Shown here piece by piece: positions 18,288 to 29,371 of a DNA stretch of 64,000 nt. Position 1 is the stretch's first letter; every line of letters starts with the position of its first letter. The DNA lies in contig OY970230.1 in NCBI GenBank assembly GCA_963714095.1, positions 6,206-70,205 on the forward strand, written 5' to 3'. A program made the position numbers and the translations under genes. The notes below the pieces were generated by a model. It was given only the letters and a program-made list of their open reading frames with translations, was not told the origin of the DNA and ran no database searches. Origin of the DNA: Candidatus Gottesmanbacteria bacterium (GTDB taxonomy: Bacteria > Patescibacteriota > Microgenomatia > UBA10105 > UBA927).

Positions 18288-19004
18288 ATGAAACACGAAC
18301 CTCTTATCACATTTTCAAATATCACCAAAAAATATAAGACCGGAGACACATTTTACGAGGCGCTCAAGGGAATATCGTTTACCATTGTTCAGGGAGAATT
18401 TGTTGCAATCATGGGTCCGTCGGGGTCCGGAAAATCAACAACCATGCATATTATGGGTGCTCTCGATACGCCCACGACCGGCACATATATTCTGAAAGAT
18501 AAAGATATAAGTAAATATACAGACGATCAGCTTGCTCACATCCGTAATCAGGAAATCGGATTCGTGTTCCAGGCGTTTAACCTGCTTCCCCGGACAACCG
18601 TCTATAAAAATGTTGAGCGGCCTATGATGTATGCAAATATCCCTGAAGAAGAGCGGAAAAAACGGGTTATGGCAGCCCTTGCGCTCGTGCATCTGGAAGA
18701 CAAGGCACAAAATTTATCCAATAACATATCCGGCGGACAAATCCAGCGGGTGGCAATCGCGCGGGCGCTCGTCATGAACCCCGCAATCATTTTAGCTGAC
18801 GAGCCTACCGGAAATCTAGACAGCGTTTCCTCGCATGAAATCATGGAGTTTTTCCGGGAATTAAATCGCCAGGGACATACAATCGTCGTTATTACTCATG
18901 AAAAAGATATCGCCGATTACGCCAAGCGTACGATCCATATCAGAGACGGACTGATTATATCTGATGAGGCAAACGTCAATGTAAAGAAAGAAAAAAACGT
19001 ATGA
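18288..19004 (+). CDS. ABC transporter ATP-binding protein (MacB/LolD-like)
   Basis: Walker A GPSGSGKST, signature LSGGQIQRVAIARAL, Walker B ILADEPTGNLD. Confidence 0.9.
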   Translation: MKHEPLITFSNITKKYKTGDTFYEALKGISFTIVQGEFVAIMGPSGSGKSTTMHIMGALDTPTTGTYILKDKDISKYTDDQLAHIRNQEIGFVFQAFNLLPRTTVYKNVERPMMYANIPEEERKKRVMAALALVHLEDKAQNLSNNISGGQIQRVAIARALVMNPAIILADEPTGNLDSVSSHEIMEFFRELNRQGHTIVVITHEKDIADYAKRTIHIRDGLIISDEANVNVKKEKNV

Positions 19005-20179
19005 ATATAACGGAAATTTTCCGCACCGCGATTACCTCGCTGCGCAGCAGTCTCCTGCGCACTGCCCTGACGATGTTGGGCATCATTATCGGCATTATGG
19101 CAGTCATCCTCATCCTCATTATTTCTCAGGGGGCGACTGACTTTATCAACGGCCAGTTTTCTTCTCTCGGCGCAAATTTGCTCATTTTCGCGTCTACAGG
19201 TGTCATCAATCTGACGACCGGCGACGTGAAGGCTCTCGGTGATCCCGGACAAATTTCCAACGTTTCCGAAGTTGGCGCACGGTTTGCGGGAAACGAAACG
19301 GTCAGTGCAAACGGTCAAAATAAATCCGTATTTGTTCTGGGAATTTCCCCGTCCACGCAGGACATCCTGGGTATTGTGATGGCAAGCGGCAGTTATGTGG
19401 GCGATGATGACAATGCCAATATTTCGCGCGTCGCGGTCCTGGGACCTACAGTTGTAAAGGATCTCTTCGGCGACGGCGCGGATCCTGTCGGACAGAGTAT
19501 TGAAGTCGGCACGAAGCCGTTCCGTGTCATCGGCGTCACCGCACCAAAAAATAGCCAGGAGGACAATGCGATCTATATTCCCATTTCTACCGCCATGCGG
19601 ATTATATTCGGTGTGAATTACGTACAGGCAGTCTATGTCGATGTGAAAGATGCGCGTTTTCTGGACCAGACGGAAGCGGACGCAAAGGCGCTCATTTTTG
19701 AACGACATACGATTACGGATCAGTCAATTAAAGATAATTTTATTGCAACGAGTTCACGCGATATTCTTAAGACGATTAATAATGTCCTGGGGATATTGAC
19801 CGTTGTTCTTTCGGGTATTGCGGGCATATCGCTTCTGGTCGGAGGGATCGGCATCATGAATATTATGCTTGTTACCGTAACTGAACGGACGAAAGAAATA
19901 GGACTTCTTAAGGCAATAGGGGCGACACGGCGGGATATACTTACACAGTTCCTTATAGAATCGGTTATTTTAACCGTCACAGGAGGTGTTATCGGCATTA
20001 TTCTGGGGATCAGTATCGGGTATGTGATAGCTCAGGTCGTGCATGTGCCGTTTGGCTTGCCGGTTATCCCGATCGTCGAATCGGTAAGTTTCTCAGTTGT
20101 CATCGGTATAGCATTCGGCAGTTATCCTGCCTACCGGGCTTCCAAACTATCGCCTATTGATGCCCTGCACTACGAATAA
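19001..20179 (+). CDS. ABC transporter permease, FtsX/MacB-like
   Basis: N-terminal TM, large periplasmic domain, C-terminal 3-TM FtsX-like region. 4-nt overlap with the ATPase gene. Confidence 0.75.
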   Translation: MNITEIFRTAITSLRSSLLRTALTMLGIIIGIMAVILILIISQGATDFINGQFSSLGANLLIFASTGVINLTTGDVKALGDPGQISNVSEVGARFAGNETVSANGQNKSVFVLGISPSTQDILGIVMASGSYVGDDDNANISRVAVLGPTVVKDLFGDGADPVGQSIEVGTKPFRVIGVTAPKNSQEDNAIYIPISTAMRIIFGVNYVQAVYVDVKDARFLDQTEADAKALIFERHTITDQSIKDNFIATSSRDILKTINNVLGILTVVLSGIAGISLLVGGIGIMNIMLVTVTERTKEIGLLKAIGATRRDILTQFLIESVILTVTGGVIGIILGISIGYVIAQVVHVPFGLPVIPIVESVSFSVVIGIAFGSYPAYRASKLSPIDALHYE

Positions 20180-20183
20180 GACA

Positions 20184-21527
20184 TCAGTTGCGTTTCACCG
20201 TGTAGGATTTTGCGTAGTATAAAAATGCCGCGGGTACGTCTTCAGTGAGATACCGCTGGAAATCTGAGTAAATAGTTTTGCGTTTCGCTGTGTCCATTTC
20301 CTGCCGGCCGTCCTCGAGAAGCTTGTCAATTTTGACGTTTATATAGTTGGTGATATTGGTTTGGGTTTGCGTGCTGTGCCAGAGCGGATACTGATCCGGA
20401 TCTGGAGGAACGTCCTGGGCGCTTAACAGTACCTGATACGTATCAGGTACGGTGTTCACGACGCGCACGTCGGTTTTTATTCCCAATGTTGTCCAACTGG
20501 CGGCTATCGACTGTGCGTCAGAAAGATACGGAGCAAACGTGGAAATGGTCAGATGCGCAGACGATGATCCCTCTTTTGTATTGCCGAATAGATTTCTGGC
20601 TTCAGTCATATTATACGTATATTTTTTTGTTTTGTCGGAATACGCCCACGATATTTTTGAAATTGGGGAGTAGGCACGCTCTAAGTCAGTTCGGTACGGG
20701 ATGGCGTATGCCAACGCCTGCCGGACTTCTTTTTCTGATACCTGCGGATCGGTCGTATTAAAATAGACGGAAATAATCCTGTTATAGTTCGTCTCAGGAG
20801 TAACGGTTGTGCGTCCCCATTTGGCAAGATCTGCCGGGGTACTGAGGTCATCTATTTCATTGACATCTCCCATTTTAAACGCGAGGATCGCTTCTACTTC
20901 TGTGTCATAAAAACGGTATTCACGTTCGTGCGGTAAGACATTGTCTACAGGCACAAGTTTTAAATAGACGATTGAGTTTCCTTTGAGCTGGATGTTGGAA
21001 ACACGGTACTTCCCCAGTCCCACAAGAGCGTTTAAAAACAGTGGTTTGGAGACAACGACAGGGAAAGGACTGTACGGTGCTTTCAAATTTGCCCGGAGTG
21101 TAAACTGGTCTATCGGAGAGAAGATGACATTACGGATATTGTAATTGATATCCGCTGCTGTTACCTTTTTTCCGTTATGCCACGTCGCATCCTCCCTAAG
21201 CGTAAATACGAATGTTTTTCCGCTGTCAGTTGCGGTCCAGCTGGTGGCAAGGCCCGGGGCAAGCGTTCCGTCCTCTTTCACGGTTGTTAACCCTTCACTG
21301 ATATATTGTTGGATGGTAAGCGGGAGATTTGCCGGTGTAAAATTGCCGACCATGCCTATTCGGTCAATAGGAATAAACCATTCCTGTTTGATGAGGGGCA
21401 AGAGCCGGAAAAACCCGAGCGAAAGAACGAGGCCGCTGGCGAAACCGAGAACGAGTGCTTTTGTATATTTATGGCTCAGTTCCCGCGCGATTAAGAAAAC
21501 TAGCCGGCCCTTCTGAAGTAAGCTCAT
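20184..21527 (-). CDS. Extracellular solute-binding protein, family 5 (peptide/nickel-binding SBP-like), membrane-anchored
   Basis: N-terminal TM. Overall SBP_bac_5-like composition. Assigned on general similarity only. Confidence 0.4.
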   Translation of the reverse strand: MSLLQKGRLVFLIARELSHKYTKALVLGFASGLVLSLGFFRLLPLIKQEWFIPIDRIGMVGNFTPANLPLTIQQYISEGLTTVKEDGTLAPGLATSWTATDSGKTFVFTLREDATWHNGKKVTAADINYNIRNVIFSPIDQFTLRANLKAPYSPFPVVVSKPLFLNALVGLGKYRVSNIQLKGNSIVYLKLVPVDNVLPHEREYRFYDTEVEAILAFKMGDVNEIDDLSTPADLAKWGRTTVTPETNYNRIISVYFNTTDPQVSEKEVRQALAYAIPYRTDLERAYSPISKISWAYSDKTKKYTYNMTEARNLFGNTKEGSSSAHLTISTFAPYLSDAQSIAASWTTLGIKTDVRVVNTVPDTYQVLLSAQDVPPDPDQYPLWHSTQTQTNITNYINVKIDKLLEDGRQEMDTAKRKTIYSDFQRYLTEDVPAAFLYYAKSYTVKRN

Positions 21528-21534
21528 ACGTCGT

Positions 21535-21750
21535 TTAGCGGATAACTAGGTTGGCGATCGATGTTGCCAGAAACAATGCGGACATGACGATAGTTGCCGA
21601 AAATACGATACGTTCCGCTCCCCGCCGGCTTCTGTACATGTCGCCGCTGCCGACACCGCTTTGCAATCCTCCTTTACTGTTTTGTAATAAAATGAGGGTA
21701 ATAAGAATAACGGTAACGATGATATGAATGGTTAGGAGTGCAATTTTCAT
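21535..21750 (-). CDS. secG: Preprotein translocase subunit SecG
   Basis: 71 aa, two TM helices, LLQNSKGGLQSGVGSG motif typical of SecG. Confidence 0.7.
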   Translation of the reverse strand: MKIALLTIHIIVTVILITLILLQNSKGGLQSGVGSGDMYRSRRGAERIVFSATIVMSALFLATSIANLVIR

Positions 21751-22769
21751 ATGCTGACCCCAGAAAGATACTCCAAGAGTATTGTAGCAAGTTTTTGTGA
21801 ATCGTGCCTGATGAGGCTCCGAACGAGTGAATCGCTTTTTGATTTTAGGGTTTCCTGGCGGCTTGCAACATCGGCCCGGATAACAGTCAGTGACTGTGAA
21901 GGATCGATATCATCTTTCACCGGAAATTCATGATATTTTGCATAGACGGTCAGTGCTGATTTTTGCAAGGGCGCGGTGTTTATAACAACTGCGTCGACGG
22001 ACTTGCCGATATATTTTTGTATGGTCTGCAGGTGGTCGGCGGCAGTAAACCCGTATGTTTGGCCGAATTTTGTCATGAGGTTCACGACGTAGACCTTTTT
22101 TGCTTTGGAGGAAGCAATTGCCCCGGGGATGCCGGTAACGAGAAGGTTCGGAATGACGCTTGTAAAAAGATCGCCCGGTCCAAGTACGATAAGATCGGCA
22201 TTGGCGATTGCCTGCAGGGCTTCAGGATTGGGTACCGACACAGGCTTTAAATAGATCCTGGATATTTTTACTGTGCCATCATGGTGCGGTTCATCAATCA
22301 GATGCTCTTCGGTCAGTATTTGACCGTTTTCGTATTCAGCAACCAGATTGGTATTGGTGAATGAAACCGGGATAACTGTTCCCTGAATACGCAGTACTTT
22401 CCCCGTGGCTCGGATGGCGGCTTCCTGAGATCCTAAAATATCCGAGAGGGCTGCCATGAAAAGATTTCCGAAGGTCATGCCGCTGATGCCCTTCCCTTTT
22501 TCAAACCGGTACATGAAGAGCTTCCGCAAAATGCCTGCTCCTCCATTTTCATCGGAAAGAGCTACGAGGCACTGCCGCAGGTCAGATGTGGGCAGGAGTC
22601 CGAATTCGTCGCGGATCCGTTTGTTTGATCCACCCGAGTCGCTCATGGCTACGATGGCGGATAAATGATGCGGTGAGTGCTTTAATCCTTTGAGGGCGAC
22701 AAACGTTCCGGTTCCTCCACCGATACAGACGATATGTTTACGAGTAGTTTCAAGAGATTTTTTTTGCAT
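21747..22769 (-). CDS. YvcK / gluconeogenesis-factor family protein (UPF0052, CofD-like)
   Basis: N-terminal IVCIGGGTG, MSDSGGS and the overall CofD/YvcK layout. Confidence 0.75.
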   Translation of the reverse strand: MQKKSLETTRKHIVCIGGGTGTFVALKGLKHSPHHLSAIVAMSDSGGSNKRIRDEFGLLPTSDLRQCLVALSDENGGAGILRKLFMYRFEKGKGISGMTFGNLFMAALSDILGSQEAAIRATGKVLRIQGTVIPVSFTNTNLVAEYENGQILTEEHLIDEPHHDGTVKISRIYLKPVSVPNPEALQAIANADLIVLGPGDLFTSVIPNLLVTGIPGAIASSKAKKVYVVNLMTKFGQTYGFTAADHLQTIQKYIGKSVDAVVINTAPLQKSALTVYAKYHEFPVKDDIDPSQSLTVIRADVASRQETLKSKSDSLVRSLIRHDSQKLATILLEYLSGVSI

Positions 22770-22810
22770 AAGGTTGTCCTTCGCTTCGCTCAGGATAACG
22801 CGAAGACGCG

Positions 22811-23215
22811 TTAATCCTCGCTGACGTAGTGTAGCACATCAGTAATAATAGTGATAAGGAGGCTGGATGCTATCATTGCGGTAAGATACGTAAAATGAAT
22901 TGGCGGAATGATAAATCCTGCCCATGTTGCACCCGGAAATATCCAAAGACGGATGGAGATTTCCGGAACAAAGATGGTTAATAAATAAATGACTATAACG
23001 TTGATAACCCAACTTAACAGTCCGAACGTGAGAATATTGATCGGGATAAAAAGAATTTTGAGAATAGGTTTTACGATAAGCATCAGCATGGATAGGGTAA
23101 ATCCGGCAAGAAGTACCGTTTGATACCCAGGCGGCACATAGAGGGTCGGAAGCAGCTGACTAGACAGCCATAGGGCAAAAACGTTAAACAAAAACACGCG
23201 GATAATATGCTTCAT
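22811..23215 (-). CDS. DUF360 / phage-holin-4-like membrane protein
   Basis: 134 aa, four TM helices with the DUF360-type pattern. Confidence 0.45.
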   Translation of the reverse strand: MKHIIRVFLFNVFALWLSSQLLPTLYVPPGYQTVLLAGFTLSMLMLIVKPILKILFIPINILTFGLLSWVINVIVIYLLTIFVPEISIRLWIFPGATWAGFIIPPIHFTYLTAMIASSLLITIITDVLHYVSED

Positions 23216-24571
23216 CTAAGGCCTAATGGTACCAAATGCCTTTTTGCGAAGCAAGCGGTGGTAGGTGATGGCGAAGCGGTGGGCCTCGTCGCGGATGCGC
23301 TCAAGAACGTGGAGAGCGTCACTGGTGTACGGAATTCGGATAATTTTCCAATCGTTTCCGCGAGGAACAACGATTTCCTCAAACCGTTTGGCAAGACCGA
23401 TAATCGGTAAGGTGGGCATTACCGGAATGGCTGCTTTCACCTGAGGCTTGCCCCCGTCAACAATAAACAAATCCGGTGCTCTCCACTCCGGATGGGCGAA
23501 TCTCCGCGCTACGACTTCTGCAATCATAGCCACGTCGTTCGGCGCCTGTTGCCTGCGTATTCGGAACCGTTTATATTGGTTTGTATCTTTGTGTCCGTCG
23601 GTAAGAACGACGAGTGAGCCCGTAGCCTGATTGCCCCCTGTATTGGAAATATCGATACATTCTATCCGGTGAAGCGGCGCCAAATTGGTAATATACGGGA
23701 GTAACGTTTGCCGTAGAGACTCAAGTTCTTTCTCGTAAATATTTTCCACTCCCGTATCTCCTGTCATGTACACCATAGGGTCATACTGTTTTTGCAGCAT
23801 GTACCGGAGATTTTGGATATGATTGCGAAGAGCTGCTGCGACTTCAAAATTTTGCTTACGTGCTGCGGCATGCATGTCCTTTTCCAAATCACGAAGTACG
23901 ATATCCGATTTTCCGGATAAAATGTTCTTTAGTCTGAAGATGTTCCTGCGGTATGCTGTTTTATCCGTGCCAAGGGTCGACGGACAGGGATCGCATAAGC
24001 CTAAATGTGAATAAAAACAGGGTTTCCCGGTTCGCCGCGTCTGCGTACAGAACGGAACGGTGTGCCGGAGTTGCCGTAAAATCGACCGGGCCATGCTTGC
24101 CGATTGGAACGGACCAAACAGCGCATCCTGTTTCTTTAATCGCTTGGGAAGGTCGCTCCGTCTCATAGTGAGAACATGCGGTAACGGTTCGGATAATGTG
24201 AGCAAAATATACAGGGGACTTTTATCATCCTTCAGAACGACGTTATATTTCGGTGCGCTATCATGGATAAGTTTTGCTTCCAGCAGTAGCGCGTCAAATT
24301 CGCTCGCTGTTACAATTGTTTCAATTGTAGATATTTGTGAAACGAGAAGTTTGGTTTTGGCGCCCACTGCATCATCGCGCTGAAAATACTGGGAGACGCG
24401 TTTTTTGAGATCTTTCGCCTTACCGATGTAGAGAATCGTTCCGTTGGTGTCACGGTAGATATACACTCCAGAGGAGTGCGGCAGTTTTTTTATCGTTTCT
24501 TTGGGTGTTTCCATAGTTGGATTTTTCGCGCTGTCATGATAAGAAGAATAATGAGTATACCACCAAAACAT
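23216..24571 (-). CDS. uvrC: Excinuclease ABC subunit C (UvrC), short form lacking the C-terminal (HhH)2 region
   Basis: GIY-YIG motif GVYIYRDTNGTILYIGKAKDLKKRVSQYF, a UvrB-interacting region, and an RNase H-like endonuclease domain. Only 451 aa. The likely start METPKE (24514) overlaps the upstream gene. Confidence 0.8.
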   Translation of the reverse strand: MFWWYTHYSSYHDSAKNPTMETPKETIKKLPHSSGVYIYRDTNGTILYIGKAKDLKKRVSQYFQRDDAVGAKTKLLVSQISTIETIVTASEFDALLLEAKLIHDSAPKYNVVLKDDKSPLYILLTLSEPLPHVLTMRRSDLPKRLKKQDALFGPFQSASMARSILRQLRHTVPFCTQTRRTGKPCFYSHLGLCDPCPSTLGTDKTAYRRNIFRLKNILSGKSDIVLRDLEKDMHAAARKQNFEVAAALRNHIQNLRYMLQKQYDPMVYMTGDTGVENIYEKELESLRQTLLPYITNLAPLHRIECIDISNTGGNQATGSLVVLTDGHKDTNQYKRFRIRRQQAPNDVAMIAEVVARRFAHPEWRAPDLFIVDGGKPQVKAAIPVMPTLPIIGLAKRFEEIVVPRGNDWKIIRIPYTSDALHVLERIRDEAHRFAITYHRLLRKKAFGTIRP

Positions 24572-26328
24572 AACAGAGGGATAATAAAGTAGGCGGTAAT
24601 CGGCTGAATAGTAAATATATACTGCTGTGTTTCTCCGTTTACGGCTACAGCAATTCTGCCGGTTCCGGCGTTAAAATAATTCGGAACGGTCAGAGTTATG
24701 GGATAGATCAGTTTTGCGTAGGGCGGAATATTTGTTTCCGTTTTTGCAAGAGCAACATCCACAGGCGCGGACTGTATGGTAATGGCGGCGGCGGGTACGG
24801 CAGATCCGATTGTATTTTCAACGGTTACGGATCCGCGTGCAGTGATGCCTGCCGTTACGAGTTTCGGAAATGAAATATTTGTCGTTAGTTTATTTGTAGG
24901 TTGGATAAACGGTGCGCTGGCGAACGTAACGCCGACGTCCTTCGTTGTTTTGCCGTTTTGGCGGTAAAATCCTGCAGGATATGGATAATCACTCGATTTT
25001 CCGTAGATGGCAAACACGATATGGTTAAAATCCAGTTTGTCAAAGTAATTAACGCCGCCGGTCGTATTTGCCCAGGTAGGGTCAATGCCGATCCACAGTT
25101 TGCGGTCTGAATCATAATATTCCGGCCATGCGTGGAGGACATCCGCAACCAGAGACAGCGGGCGCAGCCTGCTGTTTGTCGTATAGGCGTATCCTACGGC
25201 TTCACGCGCGGGGATTCCCGCAGCCCGTGCAATTGCGATAAACAAATCCGTAAATTCCATACAGATGGAGTTTTTCGGAGACGCGAGGGCAAGGAGAGCC
25301 CCTTTTCGAATCGGCGTTTGGGATACGCGTGTATAGTCATACGCAAGCGCTTGGGATACATAGGTGTAAATTTCCCGCGGTGTCGAATACTCCTTGGCCA
25401 ATGCCTGAATTTGCGGGCTATTTGACTCCCAGTATTTTTGTGCCGACGTGTAAATTTGTTTATCAGGAGTACTGTCCGTATAGCCGTCTTTGGGTTGCAG
25501 AAGAAGATTGATTCGAAGGGAAGCTGTAATGGAAAGATGGGCGCCGGGAAGCAGTGTATATTGGGCAAGCCAGTTTCCGTCCGTATCGCGGGTTATAGTT
25601 TCGGGTTTTGGGTCCAGTGATTCGATAACGACTGTTTGATATGCCGTGTCGGGAGGCAACGCTATTTCCGAATGCGTCCCCGTGATTTTTGTGTTTTCCA
25701 GATAATACGACAGCTGTACATCAAAAGTCTGGCTAGCGCCGTAGGCGGCGCTGATACCCCCTGCCATCATTTGTTCACGGTTCCAGCGGCCTCCCGAGGC
25801 GGGAAGCGGGGTCATATAGGCGTTGGGACCGAACGACTGGGGTACCGAAACCGATACATTGTAACTTGCGATATCTGCATCTTGGGCAACGCCGGGAATA
25901 TTTACTTCCCAGATGCTGCCGTTTTGTTGCGCAATGTCTCCATTTTCAAACCGGAGTGTAAACAGAAGCTGTTTCCCGAGTCCCACAACCTGGTCATTAA
26001 ATGTAAGATCGATCTCCGTTTTTCCGTCTTTTTGGCTTATATCGGTCGGTACAATCTGGTTATTGTCGTAGGCAATGACGTTCTTAATTTTTGTGCTGTC
26101 GATGACGATCGAATATTTTTGCGGATACAGGTTCGTTTCCTTATTGGTAAGCGTGATATTTTGTGTGACGATGGTAAGTCCTGACGGGGCAATTGCGTAC
26201 TGAACGTCATAATCCGCCTGGAACTCCCCCGCCGCAGACGTCGGAACAGGGAAAATAAACAAATAAAAAACTATGCAGATAAGCAAATAGAAAACGTTTA
26301 TAAATTTCTTCATTTGATATTGAAGCAT
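24490..26328 (-). CDS. Secreted transglutaminase-like domain protein with a C-terminal TM anchor
   Basis: Signal peptide. Cys-His-Asp triad context: SICMEFTD (Cys), HAWPEYY (His), GIDPTW (Asp). C-terminal TM helix followed by KK. Confidence 0.65.
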   Translation of the reverse strand: MLQYQMKKFINVFYLLICIVFYLFIFPVPTSAAGEFQADYDVQYAIAPSGLTIVTQNITLTNKETNLYPQKYSIVIDSTKIKNVIAYDNNQIVPTDISQKDGKTEIDLTFNDQVVGLGKQLLFTLRFENGDIAQQNGSIWEVNIPGVAQDADIASYNVSVSVPQSFGPNAYMTPLPASGGRWNREQMMAGGISAAYGASQTFDVQLSYYLENTKITGTHSEIALPPDTAYQTVVIESLDPKPETITRDTDGNWLAQYTLLPGAHLSITASLRINLLLQPKDGYTDSTPDKQIYTSAQKYWESNSPQIQALAKEYSTPREIYTYVSQALAYDYTRVSQTPIRKGALLALASPKNSICMEFTDLFIAIARAAGIPAREAVGYAYTTNSRLRPLSLVADVLHAWPEYYDSDRKLWIGIDPTWANTTGGVNYFDKLDFNHIVFAIYGKSSDYPYPAGFYRQNGKTTKDVGVTFASAPFIQPTNKLTTNISFPKLVTAGITARGSVTVENTIGSAVPAAAITIQSAPVDVALAKTETNIPPYAKLIYPITLTVPNYFNAGTGRIAVAVNGETQQYIFTIQPITAYFIIPLLCFGGILIILLIMTARKIQLWKHPKKR

Positions 26329-26349
26329 TGGTAGTATTGGATTATTTGT

Positions 26350-29307
26350 TTATTGTAGTATGTTCTTTAAAAATTGTCCCGTATAGGAGTGTTGAATTTT
26401 TGCAATATCCTGCGGCGTTCCCGTTCCGATGATCGATCCGCCCTTGTCTCCCCCGTCCGGCCCCAAATCGATAATCCAATCTGCATTTTTCACGACATCA
26501 AGATTATGTTCAATGACGATCACGGTATTTCCCATTTCGGTCAGGCGGTGGAGGACATGGAGTAATTTTTCCAAATCGGCAAAGTGGAGTCCCGTCGTGG
26601 GTTCATCCAGAATGTATACGGTTTTTCCTGTAGCTCTTCGCGATAGTTCCGTTGCAAGCTTCACGCGCTGCGCCTCTCCTCCCGAGAGTGTCGGGGCAGG
26701 CTGGCCTAAATGGATGTATCCCAAACCGACATCAACAATAGTTTTCAGTTTTTCCGCCAGACCCGGGTAGTGGGAAAAGAAGACAAGTGCCTCCTCGACG
26801 GTCATATCGAGAACCTGTGCGATATTTTTTTCATGATACAGTACCTCAAGCGTCTCTGCGTTGTATCTTTTTCCGTGGCAGACTTCACACGTGACGTAAA
26901 TGTCGGATAAAAACTGCATTTCAATTTTTTTCTGCCCTTCTCCTTCGCACGCCTCACACCTTCCGCCTCTGACGTTGAAGGAAAACCTCCCGGTTTTATA
27001 GCCACGTTGGCGTGATTCCGACGTCATTGCGAATATGTCGCGGATAACGGAAAATATCCCCGTATATGTGGCAGGGTTACTGCGGGGAGTGCGTCCTATA
27101 GGCGACTGGTCAATTAAAATAACCTTATCAACATTTTCTAAGCCCGTTATTTCTCTGTATGCACCCGGTTTATCCTTGGTAAACGGATAAAAGTGAGTGA
27201 GTAGTGCCCGGTACAGGGTTTCAACGATAAGTGTGGATTTGCCAGAGCCGGAGACGCCGGTGACGCAGATAAAATTTCCGAGAGGAAATTTTACGTCGAT
27301 GTGTTTGAGGTTATTTTGGCTCGCGTCGACGAGGGTCAGCGCGTCACGGTTGGTAAGACCGATTCGTTCCTGCCGCGGCCGAGAAATCGTCCGCTTACCG
27401 GTTAAAAACTGTCCGGTTATGGATGATTTCGTTGCTTTAATCTTATCTAACCCCCCCTGGGCAACGACGGCACCCCCGTGTTCTCCTGCTCCCGGACCGA
27501 AATCGACGATCCAGTCTGCTTCTTCCATGGTCTCCCTGTCGTGCTCCACGACTATAACCGTATTGCCGAGATCCCGAAGCATTTTGAGTGTATGGATAAG
27601 GGCAGAGTTATCTTTTTGATGCAGTCCGATGGAAGGCTCGTCCAATACATAGAGAACACCGGATAATCCCGATCCGATTTGCGACGCGAGCCGGATCCTC
27701 TGCGCTTCACCGCCGGACAGCGTCATCGCGGAGCGGCCGAGCGTCAGATAATCAAGTCCGACGGCATGAAGAAATGTGAGCCTCGCCTTGATTTCCTTCA
27801 CGATCGGTTCCGCAATCGTTTTTTCCGTATCACTCAATGTTTTTGTGAGGAGCATTGTTATCCATTCCAGACAATCGGTTATGGAAAGTGCCGTTACGTC
27901 CGCAATCGAGAAGCGGTCTATGGAGACCGTGAGTGATTCTTTTTTTAAACGTTTACCCGCACACATGGCACAGATTTCCTCGCGCATATATTTCTCTATT
28001 TCCGCCCGAACGAAATCCGATTCAGACTCCGTGTACCGCCGCTTGAGTTCCGCGACAATGCCGATATATTTTTCTTCAATTGCCGTGTTGTCCCCGAAAC
28101 GGTTTGTGCCCACGACACGGTAGAGCGCGTCGCCGGTGCCGTAGAGGAGTATATCCCGTTGCTTGGCGCTCATCAGTCGGAGCGGCGCCCGGGGGTTGAT
28201 GCCGAAACGTTCAGCCACCGTTGAAATAACGCGCGAAAACCATGTGTCGTGGAAAAACATCCGTGCGAAGGGTAAAATTCCTCCTTCTGTGATCGAGAGT
28301 TCCGGCCGTATCACAAGAAGCGGATCAACGGTGAGAATGGTGCCTATTCCGCTGCAGGTAGTGCATGCGCCTTGAGGCGAGTTAAATGAGAATGAACGCG
28401 GTTCTATTTCGGCAAGTGAGATATTATCGACCGGACAGGAAAATTTTTCTGAGTAAATATGATCGCGGATTTTTTTTGGTTTCTCCGGTATCGTAAATCC
28501 CGCATCCTGTATTTCTGCCACATTGACGATCCCTTCAGAGAGAGCTAATGCCTGGTCAACGGCATCGGTAAGCCTGCCGCGGATTGTTGAAAACATAACC
28601 GCGGCTTTTGCATCCGTATCATGACGTTCGATAGCCTTCAGTGTTGCCCGATCGAAGCTTATTTTATCAACAACAACGTCAATGGAATGTTTATTGGTTT
28701 TAATAAGTACAAGATCCTCATCTAAATGAAAAAAGTGCCGGTCAATTCGAGCCTCACGGTAGCCCTTCGCACGGAGATTTTCAAATAACCCGGTGAATTC
28801 CCCCTTCCGGTCACGGACAACCGGGGATAAAATCATAAACCGGTATTGGCGCGAGGTATGTTCTTTGAGCACGCGTGCAGCTTCTTTAAGAATTTGTTCC
28901 ACGATTTGCTGGCTCGATTGTTTACTGATTTCGCGTCCACAAATGGGACAATGCGGGTGGCCGATACGTGCATATAGAAGCCGCAGATAATCATATATTT
29001 CCGTCACAGTTCCGACGGTTGAGCGCGGGTTGTGGGAAGCGGATTTCTGGTCGATGGAAATAGACGGCGATAACCCCTCAATGCTGTCTACATCCGGTTT
29101 ATCCATGATGCCCAAGAATTGGCGGGCATACGAACTCAACGACTCAACATATCTTCGTTGTCCCTCGGCATAGATCGTATCGAACGCGAGCGACGATTTG
29201 CCCGAGCCTGAAAGTCCCGTAAAAACGATGAGCTTATTCTTCGGAAGCTCCAGATTGATATTCTTTAGGTTATGTTGTCGAGCACCTCTAATAATAAGTT
29301 TATCCAT
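26350..29307 (-). CDS. uvrA: Excinuclease ABC subunit A (UvrA)
   Basis: Two ABC modules ([20 protein letters not shown]), LSGGE signature motifs, zinc-finger Cys clusters. Confidence 0.95.
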   Translation of the reverse strand: MDKLIIRGARQHNLKNINLELPKNKLIVFTGLSGSGKSSLAFDTIYAEGQRRYVESLSSYARQFLGIMDKPDVDSIEGLSPSISIDQKSASHNPRSTVGTVTEIYDYLRLLYARIGHPHCPICGREISKQSSQQIVEQILKEAARVLKEHTSRQYRFMILSPVVRDRKGEFTGLFENLRAKGYREARIDRHFFHLDEDLVLIKTNKHSIDVVVDKISFDRATLKAIERHDTDAKAAVMFSTIRGRLTDAVDQALALSEGIVNVAEIQDAGFTIPEKPKKIRDHIYSEKFSCPVDNISLAEIEPRSFSFNSPQGACTTCSGIGTILTVDPLLVIRPELSITEGGILPFARMFFHDTWFSRVISTVAERFGINPRAPLRLMSAKQRDILLYGTGDALYRVVGTNRFGDNTAIEEKYIGIVAELKRRYTESESDFVRAEIEKYMREEICAMCAGKRLKKESLTVSIDRFSIADVTALSITDCLEWITMLLTKTLSDTEKTIAEPIVKEIKARLTFLHAVGLDYLTLGRSAMTLSGGEAQRIRLASQIGSGLSGVLYVLDEPSIGLHQKDNSALIHTLKMLRDLGNTVIVVEHDRETMEEADWIVDFGPGAGEHGGAVVAQGGLDKIKATKSSITGQFLTGKRTISRPRQERIGLTNRDALTLVDASQNNLKHIDVKFPLGNFICVTGVSGSGKSTLIVETLYRALLTHFYPFTKDKPGAYREITGLENVDKVILIDQSPIGRTPRSNPATYTGIFSVIRDIFAMTSESRQRGYKTGRFSFNVRGGRCEACEGEGQKKIEMQFLSDIYVTCEVCHGKRYNAETLEVLYHEKNIAQVLDMTVEEALVFFSHYPGLAEKLKTIVDVGLGYIHLGQPAPTLSGGEAQRVKLATELSRRATGKTVYILDEPTTGLHFADLEKLLHVLHRLTEMGNTVIVIEHNLDVVKNADWIIDLGPDGGDKGGSIIGTGTPQDIAKIQHSYTGQFLKNILQ

Positions 29308-29371
29308 AAGAAGACCCCAAAATCGCCCTCGGATGTTCCCGGGGCTTTGCTATTATACACGATATTCCAGG

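Noticed and set aside
22811-23215. DUF360/holin-like gene as part of a prophage
   Set aside because: No lysin, capsid, terminase or integrase nearby. Flanking genes are housekeeping (YvcK, uvrC). Treated as a chromosomal membrane protein.
26374-29000. Numerous antisense or embedded ORFs of 60-140 aa inside uvrA, uvrB, PEP synthase, ACS and other long genes
   Set aside because: They are out-of-frame shadows of well-supported long genes with no motifs. Ignored.
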